Origin: Blasia pusilla
Lineage: Eukaryota
Direction of reading: 5' to 3'
Assembly (NCBI GenBank): GCA_050084515.1
Contig: CM114271.1
Location: forward strand, 31,930,001 to 31,994,000
Length of the DNA: 64,000 bases
The first letter of the stretch is position 1. The number at the start of each line of letters is the position of its first letter. Made by a program: the position numbers and the translations under genes. The notes under the pieces are model-generated. The model saw nothing but the letters and a program-made list of their open reading frames with translations, was not told where the DNA came from and ran no database searches. Below, piece by piece: positions 1 through 12,060 of this stretch.

Positions 1-3000
1 AAACGACGCTTGACACAGTTCCTACGTGCTTATAAGAGTTGTTTTGCCTTTAGCATGAAGGAGTTGGATGGTCTGGTTGGACCCGGTATACGGATTGATT
101 TGGCTAGTGATACGCCAATCTTTCGTCGTCCCTACCGATATAGTGATATGGAGAGGACCTGATTGAGTAGGGCGTTGGACCTTTTGGAGGCTGGATTAGT
201 GGAATTGTCGCATGGAGAGTATGCATCATCCCCTTTGTCATGCTGCTAAAAAGGATATGCATGGCAACTAGCACTACGGATAGGCGGATGTGTGGAGATT
301 ACCGTCCTATCAATCGGCAAACCAAGGCCGATAGGTATGCCATGCCTACACCTGAGGAGATCTTTGATGTGGTGGGACATGCAAAGATTTTCAGTACTTT
401 GGATCTTCGGGCAGGATACATTGGGGAGAGTGACAAGGCCAAGACAACATTTTGGGGTGTCAACTCTCATGGCAAGGATTGTTTGTACCAGTGGAAATTC
501 TTACCCTTTGGGTTGAAGAATGCACGTGCCGAGTTTCACACAGTGATGGACAAGATCCTAGCAGGGTTGGATTTTGTTCGGTGTTACATTGATGATATCT
601 TGGTATCAATAACACGGTGGAGGAGCATCAGATACATTTGTAGATGGTGTTTGAGCGGTTGAAAGCTCATGGTCTATGTTTGCATCCAGGAAAGTGTAAG
701 TTCTTCCATGAGGATGTTGAGTACTTGGGTCATGTGATCTATCCAGGTGGTTTGGGAGTTCAGCAAGCAAAGGTGGAGGCTATTGCACTTATTCCGCGTC
801 CGGTAGATGTGAGTAGAGTTCGAGCATTCATGGGATTGGCGAACTACTATCGGAGGTATGTGAAGAGATTTAGTGCTATGGCAAAGCCTTTGAACCAATT
901 GCTGAAATTAGATCAAGAGTGGCATTGGGGAGATGATCAGGAGAGAGCTTTTGTGGAGCTTAAGGCCCAGTTGGTGGCGACGCCTAACTTGAGGAGACCT
1001 ATCAGAGGGCGCCCATTTCAGTTACACAGTGATTGGAGTAGGTTGGGACTTGGAGCGGTGTTGACACAACATGATGATGAGCACATGGAGTTTGTGGTGG
1101 CCTATGCAAGTCGTTCGAATAATGCAGCGGAGTCGCGCTATAGTTCATATGCGGGAGAGTGCTTGGCAGTAGTGTGGGTGGTGGCACACTTTAGGTGTTA
1201 CTTGTTTGGCATACAGTTTACACTTGTTAGTGATCACCAACTGCTCAAGTGGTTGATGGAGACTGACAAGCTTACAAGGAAGCTTGCACGGTGGGCTCTT
1301 ATCTTATAGGAGTATGACTTCCAAGTGGTACATAGACCTGGAGTTGCCAACCTTGATGCTGATGGGTTGAGTAGGAACCCATGTACTAGCCAAGAGGATA
1401 CAATTGGGGCTAGATGGCATGGCGAGGTTGATGAGGAGATGGTGCCAGGTTGGCATGCACCCGCCTTTTTATGTTGGTTGGGGGTGGACTCTAGTATGGA
1501 CGACCACATGATATCTTACTCTAGTCAGAGGGTAGATGGCCAGCGTTCAGATCCTAAGGTTGGAGATGGCGGTACGGATCAGCGTGATATTCATGATGAT
1601 GTGTTGGTTTTGGAGTTCCTACGGACCAGTAGGATGCCAGGCATAGTGAGTGCCAAGGAGCGAGACCGTGTTCTTCAACGTGCTAAGAGGTATCGATTGG
1701 AGGGAACACATATTCTCCGTGTGTGGGAGGATGGTAGAGTACGAGTAGTGCCGCATTTGGCTCAAAGAGAGCGCATTGTGCAACATGCCCATGAGGAGTT
1801 GGGACATTTTGGGGTAAAGCGTACGTATAGCTTACTCCTTGGTCAATATTGGTGGCGTGGCATTCAACTCAGGTGCAGCAGTTGGTATCATGTTGTATGG
1901 TTTGTGACCGAGTGAGGGCATCATTCAATGCCCCTACACCACAGTTACACCCCTTGCCTATTATGGGGTTGGATTACCGTTGGAGTGTGGACTTTGCGGG
2001 ACCGTTACCGTTGACTGTACGACATCATCGATATGTGTTGGTGATGGTGGAGCACTTCTCCAAGTGGATTGAGTTGGTGGCATTACCTGACAAGGCAAGT
2101 GAGGGAACGGCGTATGTGTTTCTTGATAGAGTGCTTAGTCATTTTGGTGCACCAGCTGAAGTGCTGACCGACCAGGGTACAAAGTTTCAGGTCTTGTGTG
2201 ACAAGGGGTTGATTGACCATCGGACCATGTCTCGAGATCATCCAGAGGCGAATGGTTTGGCTGAGCGTGTGGTTCAGACGATGAAGAGGGCATTGCGCAA
2301 GTATGGCCTACAGAAGGGGCATCTTGGAGACTAGGATATTCAGTTGCCATGGTTAGCCATGGGGTATAGGTTCAGTCGCCAAGCATCCTTGGCTTCCTTC
2401 TCACCTTATTTTTTGTTATACGGCCGAGATCCAGACTTGCCAGCAGCAATTCGTTGGGATTCTAGTGAGGTGGTGAACCTTGATGACCCAGAGATGTGGA
2501 TGAGAGTGTGTTCTCAGCGGGCAGAGCTCTTTCGGAGAGTTATGCCAACAGCCTTTGAGAGTCTTGCCATTGCTCAACACAGGGATACGTTGCGGTATGC
2601 AACCATTCGGGATGGAGGTTATCGACCATCGATTCGTAGGTTCCATGTGGGGGACTATGTCTATTTGCAGCAGATTGCACCGAGAACATTGGATGTGACG
2701 GCAGGCCGCACTATTTTACGAGTGCGCGAGGTATTAGCTTCTGGAGTTCTCATGTTAGAGGGTCGTGATGGAGTTGTTTGGAAGGACCATGTGCGTAATT
2801 GTACGCCATGTCATCTTCCAAATGTGGATGGTCCTATTGACCCAAGCTTAGCCATGATACGTGCTAGCTTGAGGTGCATGTTGTGTGGGTGTGCTGGTAA
2901 CGCAGCCCGTATGTTGGTGTGTGATGGGTGTTCTAGGGGTTGGCACATGATGTGTTTGACTCCACGTATGGATGTTGTTCCTATTGGAAGGTGGGTTTGT

Positions 3001-3015
3001 CCTCGATGTACGTAG
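1..3015 (+). pseudogene. Ty3/gypsy pol (RT - RNase H - integrase) with C-terminal PHD finger, frameshifted
   Basis: ORFs 240-662 (RT: DYRPIN, FSTLDL, PFGLKNA, YIDDIL), 644-1309 (RNase H), 1325-2334 (integrase HHCC and core), 2344-3015 ending CMLC..LVCDGCSRGWHMMCL..WVCPRC (C4HC3 PHD). Stops and frameshifts lie between the ORFs. Confidence 0.92.
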
Positions 3016-3190
3016 GAGAGGTAGATGACTTGATCTTTGGATGATATGGATTACAGATGTGTGACTAACGATGGGGCAACCTAGTACCCGGCCTTCTGAT
3101 TCGTGCACCCAAGAAGGTGTATAACATGTAGTAGATGTATAGGGCTACCTGGGAGTTAGAGGGACCTAACCGCCAGTTAGAGGGGCGAGT

Positions 3191-3664
3191 TGTGGTACAC
3201 TTGTATTTGTGGATGCTCTCGTCTATGTTATGTATGTATGTGAGTATGGTATATTAGCGATGTATGTTGTATGACGATGTGGATTCGCACGACAGCTGTC
3301 ATGACCATACGGATTATGTCGTAGAGTATAGTGTGCTAGTAGAGGTCATACCTTATGTAGGGCTGCAATGTCTACGTAGAGATGCGATTTCATACATAGG
3401 GTTGGGGGTTACTCAGTTGAGGGTGATTTTTCCAGTAGGGCCCGCTCTTAGGTTGGAGGATATAAGGTGGAGTGCACTCAAAGAACAGTTAGTTCTTTGA
3501 GTTGAGCCTGTTGCGTTGGGAGTTAGCCTTGGTAGTGAGTAGAGCTCTTGGCTATGGTGTTTCCCGCAAGCTTCGACCTAGATTCTCCCATCGTGGAGTG
3601 AGTTTGGCTTGATCGTATATGATTCTATAAGTGTTTTATGACAGTAGGTCTTTCACGGATTTCA
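3191..3664 (+). repeat. Probable 3' LTR of the PHD-gypsy element
   Basis: Purine tract TTAGAGGGGCGAG is followed by TGTGG at 3191. Its first ~105 bp recur at 3668-3771. The right end (CA at about 3656 or 3664) is uncertain. Confidence 0.55.
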
Positions 3665-4150
3665 GTTGTGGTACACTTGTGTTTGTGGATGCTCTCGTCT
3701 ATGTTATGTATGTATGTGAGTATGGTATGTCAGCGATGTATGTTGTATGATGATGTGGATTCGCACGACAGAGGTCACCTAAGAGATTGGGACCTCTAGT
3801 TGTCGTGATTGGCGATGAGATATAGATTCAGCACGCAAGCATCCTTAGCGTCTTTCTCACTATACTTCCTACTTTATGGCCGAGAGCCAGATTTACCTAC
3901 GGCCATTCGTCGAGATGTTGAACTTTGATGACCTTGATGTATGGATGCAAGCATGTTCTCAGAGGGCTGAGTTGTTTTGGAAAGTGATTCCCACGAAGTT
4001 TGAGAACTTGGCGATTGTGCAACATCGAGATACGTTGAGGTATGCGACTATTCGGGGAGATGGTTATTGATCAACTATTTGGAGGTTTCATCTAGGAGAT
4101 TATGTCTACTCGGAGTAGACGGCACCCACGATGTTGGATGTGACTGTAGG

Positions 4151-7100
4151 TAAATGGTAAATGGTAAATAGATCAAGCCCGTGGGACCCAAAGGGTCAAA
4201 AGGCTAAAAAACACATAACAAGTCATTCATTCACTGACCCTGAAAAAGATCCTTAAGACCTTTTCCTAGCTACATCCTAGAGCACTTGAGCGATGAATGA
4301 TGACGTCCCTAAGATAACAACCTAAATCATAAGGCACTAGCTGTAGTAAAGAATAGAAATTCTCCACATCTATTTTATGAGCTAGTCTAATTTCTTCATA
4401 CCTTGGACATGTAACAAACACATGCTCTTCATCTTCAATATTTTCTCCGGCACATAACCTACAAATTTGTTCACTTCTATCAATTTTAAACCATCGTCCT
4501 TCCTCAATTCCTAGCCTATGTGACCCAGTTCTATGACGTGCGATAATATGTCGTAAGAACGTGGAGATCCCTGCAAGTAGGTATCCTTGTTCACAAGATA
4601 CAAGCATAGGAATAACATGAAGTTGATAAAACTCCATTTTGGTGCCCGCACTGCTCCAAATGATGTTGAGAGATTGCTTCTGTAGATGCTCACGGAGGGC
4701 CATCGGTTTCAAGTCCCAATCCCGTTCCGCCACATTCCACTTTGAAGACCAAGTCATCACATCCGCCATCCACCCTATGGAACGTGTGGCTCGCAAAGCT
4801 TGATGAGGGAGGCGAGAAACATCAAGAGATCTCACCCTTGCGATGTAAGTGATGGTCAAGTAAAGAGCTTCAGCTTCTAGAGGAAGAAAACTTGTTTCCG
4901 CAAGAAGAATAGCATACGGAGTTTGGTTTCTTACACCCAATTCCTCTTGTAGAAAGATCTTTGGCACTCTTTCCACGCGCTCCCAACCTGTCTTCTTACA
5001 ACAAGGGCCCCAAACTTGGGTCCCATGTAAGATCACCGGCAACACTAAGCTCTTAAATAAGAATTTCCTAAGACTCCAAGACATAAGATGAGCTCTTCTA
5101 CACCGGTTTAAAAATGAATATAGAGCTTTGTAACCAGCTTCTACTCTCTTTTGCACGTAAAGTGCCCAACTATAGTCATGAGAGAAATCGATGCCTAGAT
5201 ATTTGTAACTCTTCACTTGTTCTAATTGTAGACCTTTGTAAAAGAACGAGAACTTGGATCTAGTACCCACTATAATGACTTTAGACTTGTCCATATTAAC
5301 CTCCATATGATTCTGGGTACAAAACCCTGCCAAAATGTCGAGGTGCTTTTGTAAACTAATGCCATCACGTGCTAGTAATATGATATCATCTGCATACAAT
5401 AGAGCTTTGATGACAAAGTCCCCAAGCTTGACACCTTCATTATCACATTCCTCCAACCACTTTTCGATATCATCTATGAAAACTCCAAAAAGTGTAGGGG
5501 AGAGAGGGCAACCTTGAATGACTCCAATGGTACTCAAGATCTCTTGAGTTTGTGAACCTTTGATCTTGGCCCGAACGGAATGGTATAACGTGGCCACAGC
5601 TGCTAGGAGATTTGGTGGTACTCCAATGGATTGCAGCCTTTCCCATAAGAGCATGCGAGGTACAGTATCAAAAGCTTTCTTGAAATCGATGAAGCCGCAA
5701 AACAAAGCTTTTCCATTTCCCTAAGATTTCTCCCATAAAACACGCAAGGCCAAGATATGGTCGATGGTGTTGTATGTTGGACGAAAACCAGCTTGGACCC
5801 GTGCTCTCTTTTGGAAAGTCTCTGTCCATGTGCTCTACTTCGACTCCACCAATTTCCCAAACAACTTGGCAAAAACACTACCCACCATGATAGTGCGATA
5901 GTTTGTTACCAAGTCCTTCCTTCCTGATTTGTGAATAGGAACAATCTCCCGTAGCGACCAAGTTGAAGGAAAACCATAGATAGCAGCATCACCCAATACT
6001 TTGGTGAGGATCGGACCAATACAATCTCCTCCCCACTTGAAAAGTTCAATAGAAAGACCATCCAAATCCTCACATTTACCATTCGCCAATCGTCTAAGTT
6101 GAGTCATCACCTCTCCTTCAGAGAATAAGCCAGGTATTCCTTCACAACGTGGCATAGATGTAGCATCAGGGAAGAAATAGAGCTTTTCGGCAAAAGATAT
6201 CAAAGACTTGGGATCAAGAAAAGGTTTTGAAGACCGTACTACTAACCGTCTCCAAAATGATTTGGGGTCCTCATGTAGCTCCCTTGTCAAGGACTCTTGT
6301 TTCCGCCGCAAGAAAGCTCGTTTCTTAGATTTCACCAAGTATTTGTAAAGGCTCGTCATAATAAGCCGACTTGGGATATCCAAAGATTTATCAACTGATC
6401 GTGCCCTTGCTTGCTTGCATTCAGAGTCAAACCACCCATTACAAGGCAGCCTCCTAGCACTTCTATCCCTGTGGCGCGAAAAGAACTTAGATGCACTGTT
6501 TTTGAGCAATTCCGTTAGTTGCATACTTGCCGTGTTTGGATCCGGGCTCCATACAATGCGAGTCAAGAGTTCTTGTAAATGTAGCATATAAAGATCTTTT
6601 TTACCAGGATCTAAGCGAAACTTGGGAGAAGCCAAAATAGATTGACATGTCGAGAGAGGAATGGCCTTTGATAGTGAGAGAGTAAACAAAAGAGGTGCAT
6701 GATCTGATTCAGGCTGAGGTTCTAGAATATCAAATTTAGAGATAAGAGAGCTATCAGCGGGCGAGGACAGAAGATAATCGATGGTGCTAGCACCCGTAGA
6801 GGAGAAATAGGTATTGGAGTGAGAGTTGGGAAAATGAGAGGTTCCATTAAGAACTTTCAAATTACAAGTGGCTCCAAAGGTTAAAAAATGCTCTGTCAAA
6901 GGATTTGTAGAAAGATCTGAAGAGATTCTAGACCATAAACCATCCTCATATTCTTCGAGAAGAGGTGAAATCAAGGAATCACTGAATTGGGTAAATTGGG
7001 CAGTACGTGTGCGAGCATTGAAATCTCCAACTAGAAAGACTTCACCTTTGCTTTGATATTTGAGAACATCCCCAATAAGTCGATGGATCGGTTGACTTCG

Positions 7101-8703
7101 ATTGTGAGTGCGTGTTGAGTAGATAGGCATGGAGAGTGGTGCAAAATAACAAACTGCCAAATAACAATAAGATCCCCCAGCCAAACCAAGACGTAGCCAA
7201 TGATATTGGCCCCCGATATCTTGATCTTCTAGATGAATGAGAGGTAGAAATTGAGACCTTATGAAAGTAGCAATACCGCCATAACCCCTTCCTGCCCGTT
7301 GCCTTCTTTGATTCCATGTCGATCCCACCAAAGTAAACCCTTGCATCTCTGCAATAGTATTGCCCTCAATATTGATAATATCCGCCATCTCCCAAATTGG
7401 TAGAGCACTCACATACTTTGTTGTTGAAAGGCCTCGGATATATCAGCACTCTCAGCTTCTTGGATTGCTAGGTTGATAACTCTCTTTTTCTCTGGGTAAC
7501 AATTGCTCGCCCATCGCGTAGATAAGTAATAAAACCTGCTTCTTGAGCCTCTTTGACCTTTGCAAGCTCTTTTCTCCTAGCTTCGACTTGTAGAGGAGTG
7601 AGATCAGGATCCAACCATATCCTTCGTCTTTAGAGAATGGCCTTGTTAGCCATGGCAATATCACGTTGAGTTTGATCAACAAACTTGACTAGAATGGCAC
7701 GAGGTTGTGTGCACGTTTTCCCAATGCGAAAAGCTTGAGCCAAGTCCGGATTATGAACATGAAGTGTATCAACCAAGAACTTGGTGACAACACTCTTCAC
7801 CTCTTCGCTCTCTGTTTCCGGTAAACCTGAGATTCTCACATTCTTTCTACGGGAAAATTGGTTTTCTTTTTCTATCTCTTGCTCTTGACAGAAAGAGATA
7901 TGAGCAACCTTTGTAGCTTCAGCATAAGATTTCATTTTCACTTCTAAAGTTTCAACAACCTCATGCAATCCTGAACTGTTGGGGGTAGTCACCAAGGATG
8001 ATGCCTTCTCTTGAACATCCGCAACGGATTTGGAAAGATCGAGCATCACACTAGAACTATCTTTCAACACTTTCTTCAAAACCTCTTGCGTTGCCTTCAA
8101 CTCTTGGATTTGAATATCATCCTGTACTTGAATTTACTGCATCCTAGAAAGTATAATCAAATCTCCAACACCACACAACTTCTGCTTTAGAAGTCGGTTG
8201 TGCTTGCAATTCTGAGGGCAAGGGCGCCTTCTTATACTCCACGTTGCTTCCGAATCTCAGCTTCATATGACACTCCACCTCAAAGTTATGGCCTCGGCAA
8301 GATTCAGATCTGAAATCCTCAAATGTACAAGAGCAGAAACTCAAATCTCTCACAACTTCGTGTGTATAACTTGGGTGTGCTTGCAATTCTGAGGGCTAGG
8401 GCGCCTCCTTATACTCCACATTGTCTCCGAATCTCAGCTTCATGTGACACTCCACCTCAAAGTTATGGCCTCGGCAAGATTCAGATCTGAAATCCTCAAA
8501 TCTACAAGAGCAGAAACTCAAATCTCTCACAACTTCGTGTGTATAACTCGGGTGTGCTTGCAATTCCGAGGACTAAGGCGCCTCCTTATACTCCACGTTG
8601 CCTCCAAATCTCAGCTTCATATGACACTCCACCTCAAAGTTATGGCCTCGGCAAGATTCAGATCTGAAATCCTCAAATCTACAAGAGCAGAAACTCAAAT
8701 CTC
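4151..8703 (-). mobile_element. LINE family A, copy A1 (APE-RT, RTE-X-like), with 177-bp monomer 5' array and (TTTACCA)n tail
   Basis: ORF1 about 7480-8100 (RRKNVRISGL..PRAILVKF..WLDPDLT). ORF2 about 4266-7445 (APE VGDFN, SDH; RT QGCPLSP, YADD; C-terminal CxxC..H..C), frameshifted near 5830. TAGG is duplicated at 4147-4150 and 8704-8707. Confidence 0.92.
8170..8703 (-). repeat. ~3 tandem 177-bp monomers forming the 5' end of LINE A1
   Basis: TGACACTCCACCTCAAAGTTATGGCC recurs with a 177-bp period. Confidence 0.9.
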
Positions 8704-9211
8704 TAGGGCACACTATCTTGAGAATGCATGAGATTCTGCCATCTGATGTTCTCTTATTGGAGGGACGCGATGGTATGGTGTGGAAGGACCATGTGCGTAA
8801 CTATGCACCATGTTACCTTCCTCACATTGACGGTACAGTTGATCCGAGCTTAGTTGTAGTTCTTGCAGGCTTGCGATGTATGTTGTGTGGTTTTGCTCGT
8901 GGTGCAACCACTACATATACTAGTCTATGATGGATGTTCGAGAGGATGGCATATGGCGTATTTGACGCCACCTCGCACTAGGATTCCTCCACGACGATGG
9001 ATGTGCCCCAGACATACATAGAGTAGGTAGTTCTAGATTTTGACTTGTGTCTATGATATGGATGATAAGAAGGGGACTAACGATGGGGCCACATGAGCAC
9101 CTCGTCTTTTTGCTCTTAGTGTGCGAGAGATGTATGTCATGGTAGGTAGGAATATATGGCTATTTGGAGTTAGAGGGACCACACTATCAACTAGGGGGAG
9201 GGGGGATTGGA

Positions 9212-9870
9212 GATATTTTGGTACTTCTCATCTCATTGTGTATATTCCATGAGTTAGCAAGGGATCGTGTATGTTTGTGTGTTTTGTTCGATGACAACGA
9301 TGTATGTTGTATAGCGATATATATCCACACGACAACTATCACTTCTTTTAGGATAGATTGGCAAGATCTTGTAGAGTGCCTTCAAAGATACTGGAGGACA
9401 GCCTCAAGAGGTCGAGGATGACCTTCTAAGGCCACAGGTAATGTGTGAGAGCAGGTTTCCTTTGATGAGGTCCTACCTATGGCAAAGGTCCCGCAATCCT
9501 TTGAAGGCACTCTACAAGATCTTGCCGATCTATCCTAAAAGAAGTGATAGTTGTCGTGTGCATACATATCGCTACACAACCTACATCCCTGTCACCGAAT
9601 AAAACACACAAACATACACGATCCCATGCTAACTCATGGAATATACACAACGAGACGAGAAGTACCAAAATATCTTGGATATGTTTGTGTGTTTTGTTCG
9701 GTGACAGCGATATATGTTATGTAGCGATATGTATGCACACGACAACTATCACTTCTTTTAGGATAGATCGGCAAGATCTTGTAGAGTGCCTTCAAAGATA
9801 TTGGAGGACAACCTCAAGAGGTCGAGGATGACCTTCTAAGGCCACGGGTAATCTGCGAGAGCAGGTTTCC
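9212..9870. repeat. Direct-inverted-direct rearrangement in gypsy LTR-like DNA
   Basis: About 9212-9388 is inverted at about 9498-9673. About 9268-9460 is repeated directly at about 9678-9870. The near-identical translations 9164+, 9477- and 9544+ reflect this. Confidence 0.8.
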
Positions 9871-10915
9871 CCTTCATTTTTGCTCATTTGGAGCCATATT
9901 GAGGAACCTATTATTTTGGGTAAGTTACCATTTTTTGTATAGTTGACTTTCTATTTTGGGAAGTGGCTCTTGACCCGCTACTGCAGGTCAAAAGCCAAGG
10001 AGGTGACATGCGAGTATAGGTTATCATGGAGAGGGCTTGGGAGAGGGAAGGGGGTATACCTCCAAGAGAGAGAGCTTGAGAGTTTTGTTGAACCTCTTGG
10101 CATGAGGCGGAAGAGCTATGGTCCTCCTTGCCTTGTGTGTGTAACCCAAGCCTCTTATTAGGAGAGTGGGTTTGGTTTGACATGAGGGAGAGTGCACACC
10201 ATGGAGAGCTTGGTGTGAGACCCTGTTGTTATGATGGAGAGATTTGATCGAATTATTAGAGATATTTTGGAACTTCTCATATATGTATATTCCTTGAGTT
10301 AGCATAGGATTGTGTATGCTTGTGTGTTTGTTCGGTGACAGCAATGTGTGTTGTGTAGCGATGTGTATGCGCACAACACATATGTTCCCCTTTAGAGTTC
10401 AGGGACAGTCACAATGACCCGCTCTATATTGTAGTTGTAGACTTATACCATTTATTCTCCAAAGTCTTACTCCTAACTCTTGCCATACTACTTCCCCCTT
10501 GGTGTGTATGATCTCTACATCACTACTAGAAATTTATTTCCCTTTCAAACAACGTTGTTTATGTATTTCTCATGTGTTGCATGTGTCATAAATCCCCTTA
10601 TTTTCAACAATTGGATTGTCCGTGGATTCTAGGCTTTGCGGGACCTTTGCCATAGGTAGGACCTCATCAAAGGTATATGTTGTCCATGGTGGAGCATTTC
10701 TCCAAGAAGATAGAGGTGGTGTCACTATCACACAAGGCAAGCAAGGGAGTAACTTATGCATTTCTATATCTTGTGCTTAGTTATTTTAGTGCATCGGTAG
10801 AGGTGTTGACTGTCCAGGGTACTAATTTTAGAGGAGAGTCTTAAGCCTTATGTGATTAGGCGCTAATAGATCATCGCACCACGTCCAAAGATCATCTTGA
10901 GGCAAATGGATTGGG

Positions 10916-11917
10916 TGTCGCGACCCTCATGACCAAACAAGTGCCAAGCGGAACATCGGAACATTAGCGGGCTCACGCTAAGATGGTTTGCGCATTGGAG
11001 TTGTCTCAAAGAAGAGACAAGAGACGAGACGCGAGCGAGAAGTCGCGTTTCAGATGTGATGGTCGCGACTCAGAAACCTGGACCAAACGCGGAATGAGAC
11101 TTGAAAGAAGTCGAGTCTAGGAAATGGGTTGCCAAAGGAAAGATCCGGATTTGGAACGCCACTTGCGTTTGAGAGTTTCCGACTTGATTTATGGCCATAA
11201 CTTTTAGCACCAAGATGCGTTTGGAGCAAATAAGGATGCGTTGGAAAGCTTATAGAGAGCCGGTCCAAACGCACTAAATATCGCTGCAAGCACATAAGAA
11301 GCGGCCGAGATACGACCCGAAAACGATTGTAAGTGGAGTCGGGTTGAGGGCCACAATGAAGGGCCCGAACCTCTTTTCCCAAAGGGGAGGGGTTATTGGA
11401 GAACCCCAGAAGTACTAGTAAGGGGGAAGGTCTCCGAGAGTGCTTGGAACCCAAACCCCACTTTGAGCGCTGCGGGGCGGCTCAAGGGCATGGAACGGAA
11501 CGCGAGTTTGGGCGTTGGGTTGGAAAACCTGCACCAAGTCCATTGAGGCGATTTTAGACATCCCTCTTGGATTTCAAGCCGCGACTCAATTACTTGGGTC
11601 TCGGTTTGGAACTCACACAAGGACCGTTGAACAGTTGGGATCGCTAGGCGTGCAAGTGCCGTTTCAGATCCCTGGACTAACCAGGAAGTCTGTTCCAAGT
11701 CTTGAAGGACTTGCCATGTGTTGGGAGCTAGGAACTAAGGAAGGTTGAGCTTGATGAGACGCCGAGTTGAGGACTCAGTGGGTTGGAACGCCGGTTGACC
11801 AAACCCGACTAACGAGAGTGCGTGTTTGGGTGCAGATCGGCGATGAGTTCGTGACCTACTGAACGCACGCTTCCGCAACACTAAAGATTGACGTTCAAGG
11901 AGAGTAGGGGCGCGACA
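10916..11917 (+). repeat. 5' LTR (~1.0 kb) of chromovirus
   Basis: TG..CA termini with inverted TGTCGCG/CGCGACA, followed by the tRNA-Met PBS. The first ~360 bp recur from 17240. Confidence 0.9.
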
Positions 11918-12060
11918 AGTGGTATCAGAGCTTATCCTTGGTGAGCGAGAACTTGGGGTTGTGGGATCAGCCGGACGCTTGGGAAATTTCAAGGTAGCGG
12001 CTAGACTCGGACGCTCGAGGAGGGACGCAAGAAACGAGGAGGAGATCTGAGTGAGTTGGC

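Larger units (their letters stand above)
3775..9030 (+). pseudogene. Second, more degenerate PHD-gypsy integrase C-terminus, split by LINE A1 (pieces 3775-4150 and 8704-9030)
   Basis: Homologous to 2320-3015. Removing the LINE restores GTG ACT GTA GGG CAC ACT ATC (VTVGHTI, versus VTAGRTI in the first copy). Confidence 0.8.

Noticed and set aside
4151-4170. (TTTACCA)n as telomeric repeat
   Set aside because: It is the LINE A 3' microsatellite tail, found at every copy, and is not TTTAGGG.
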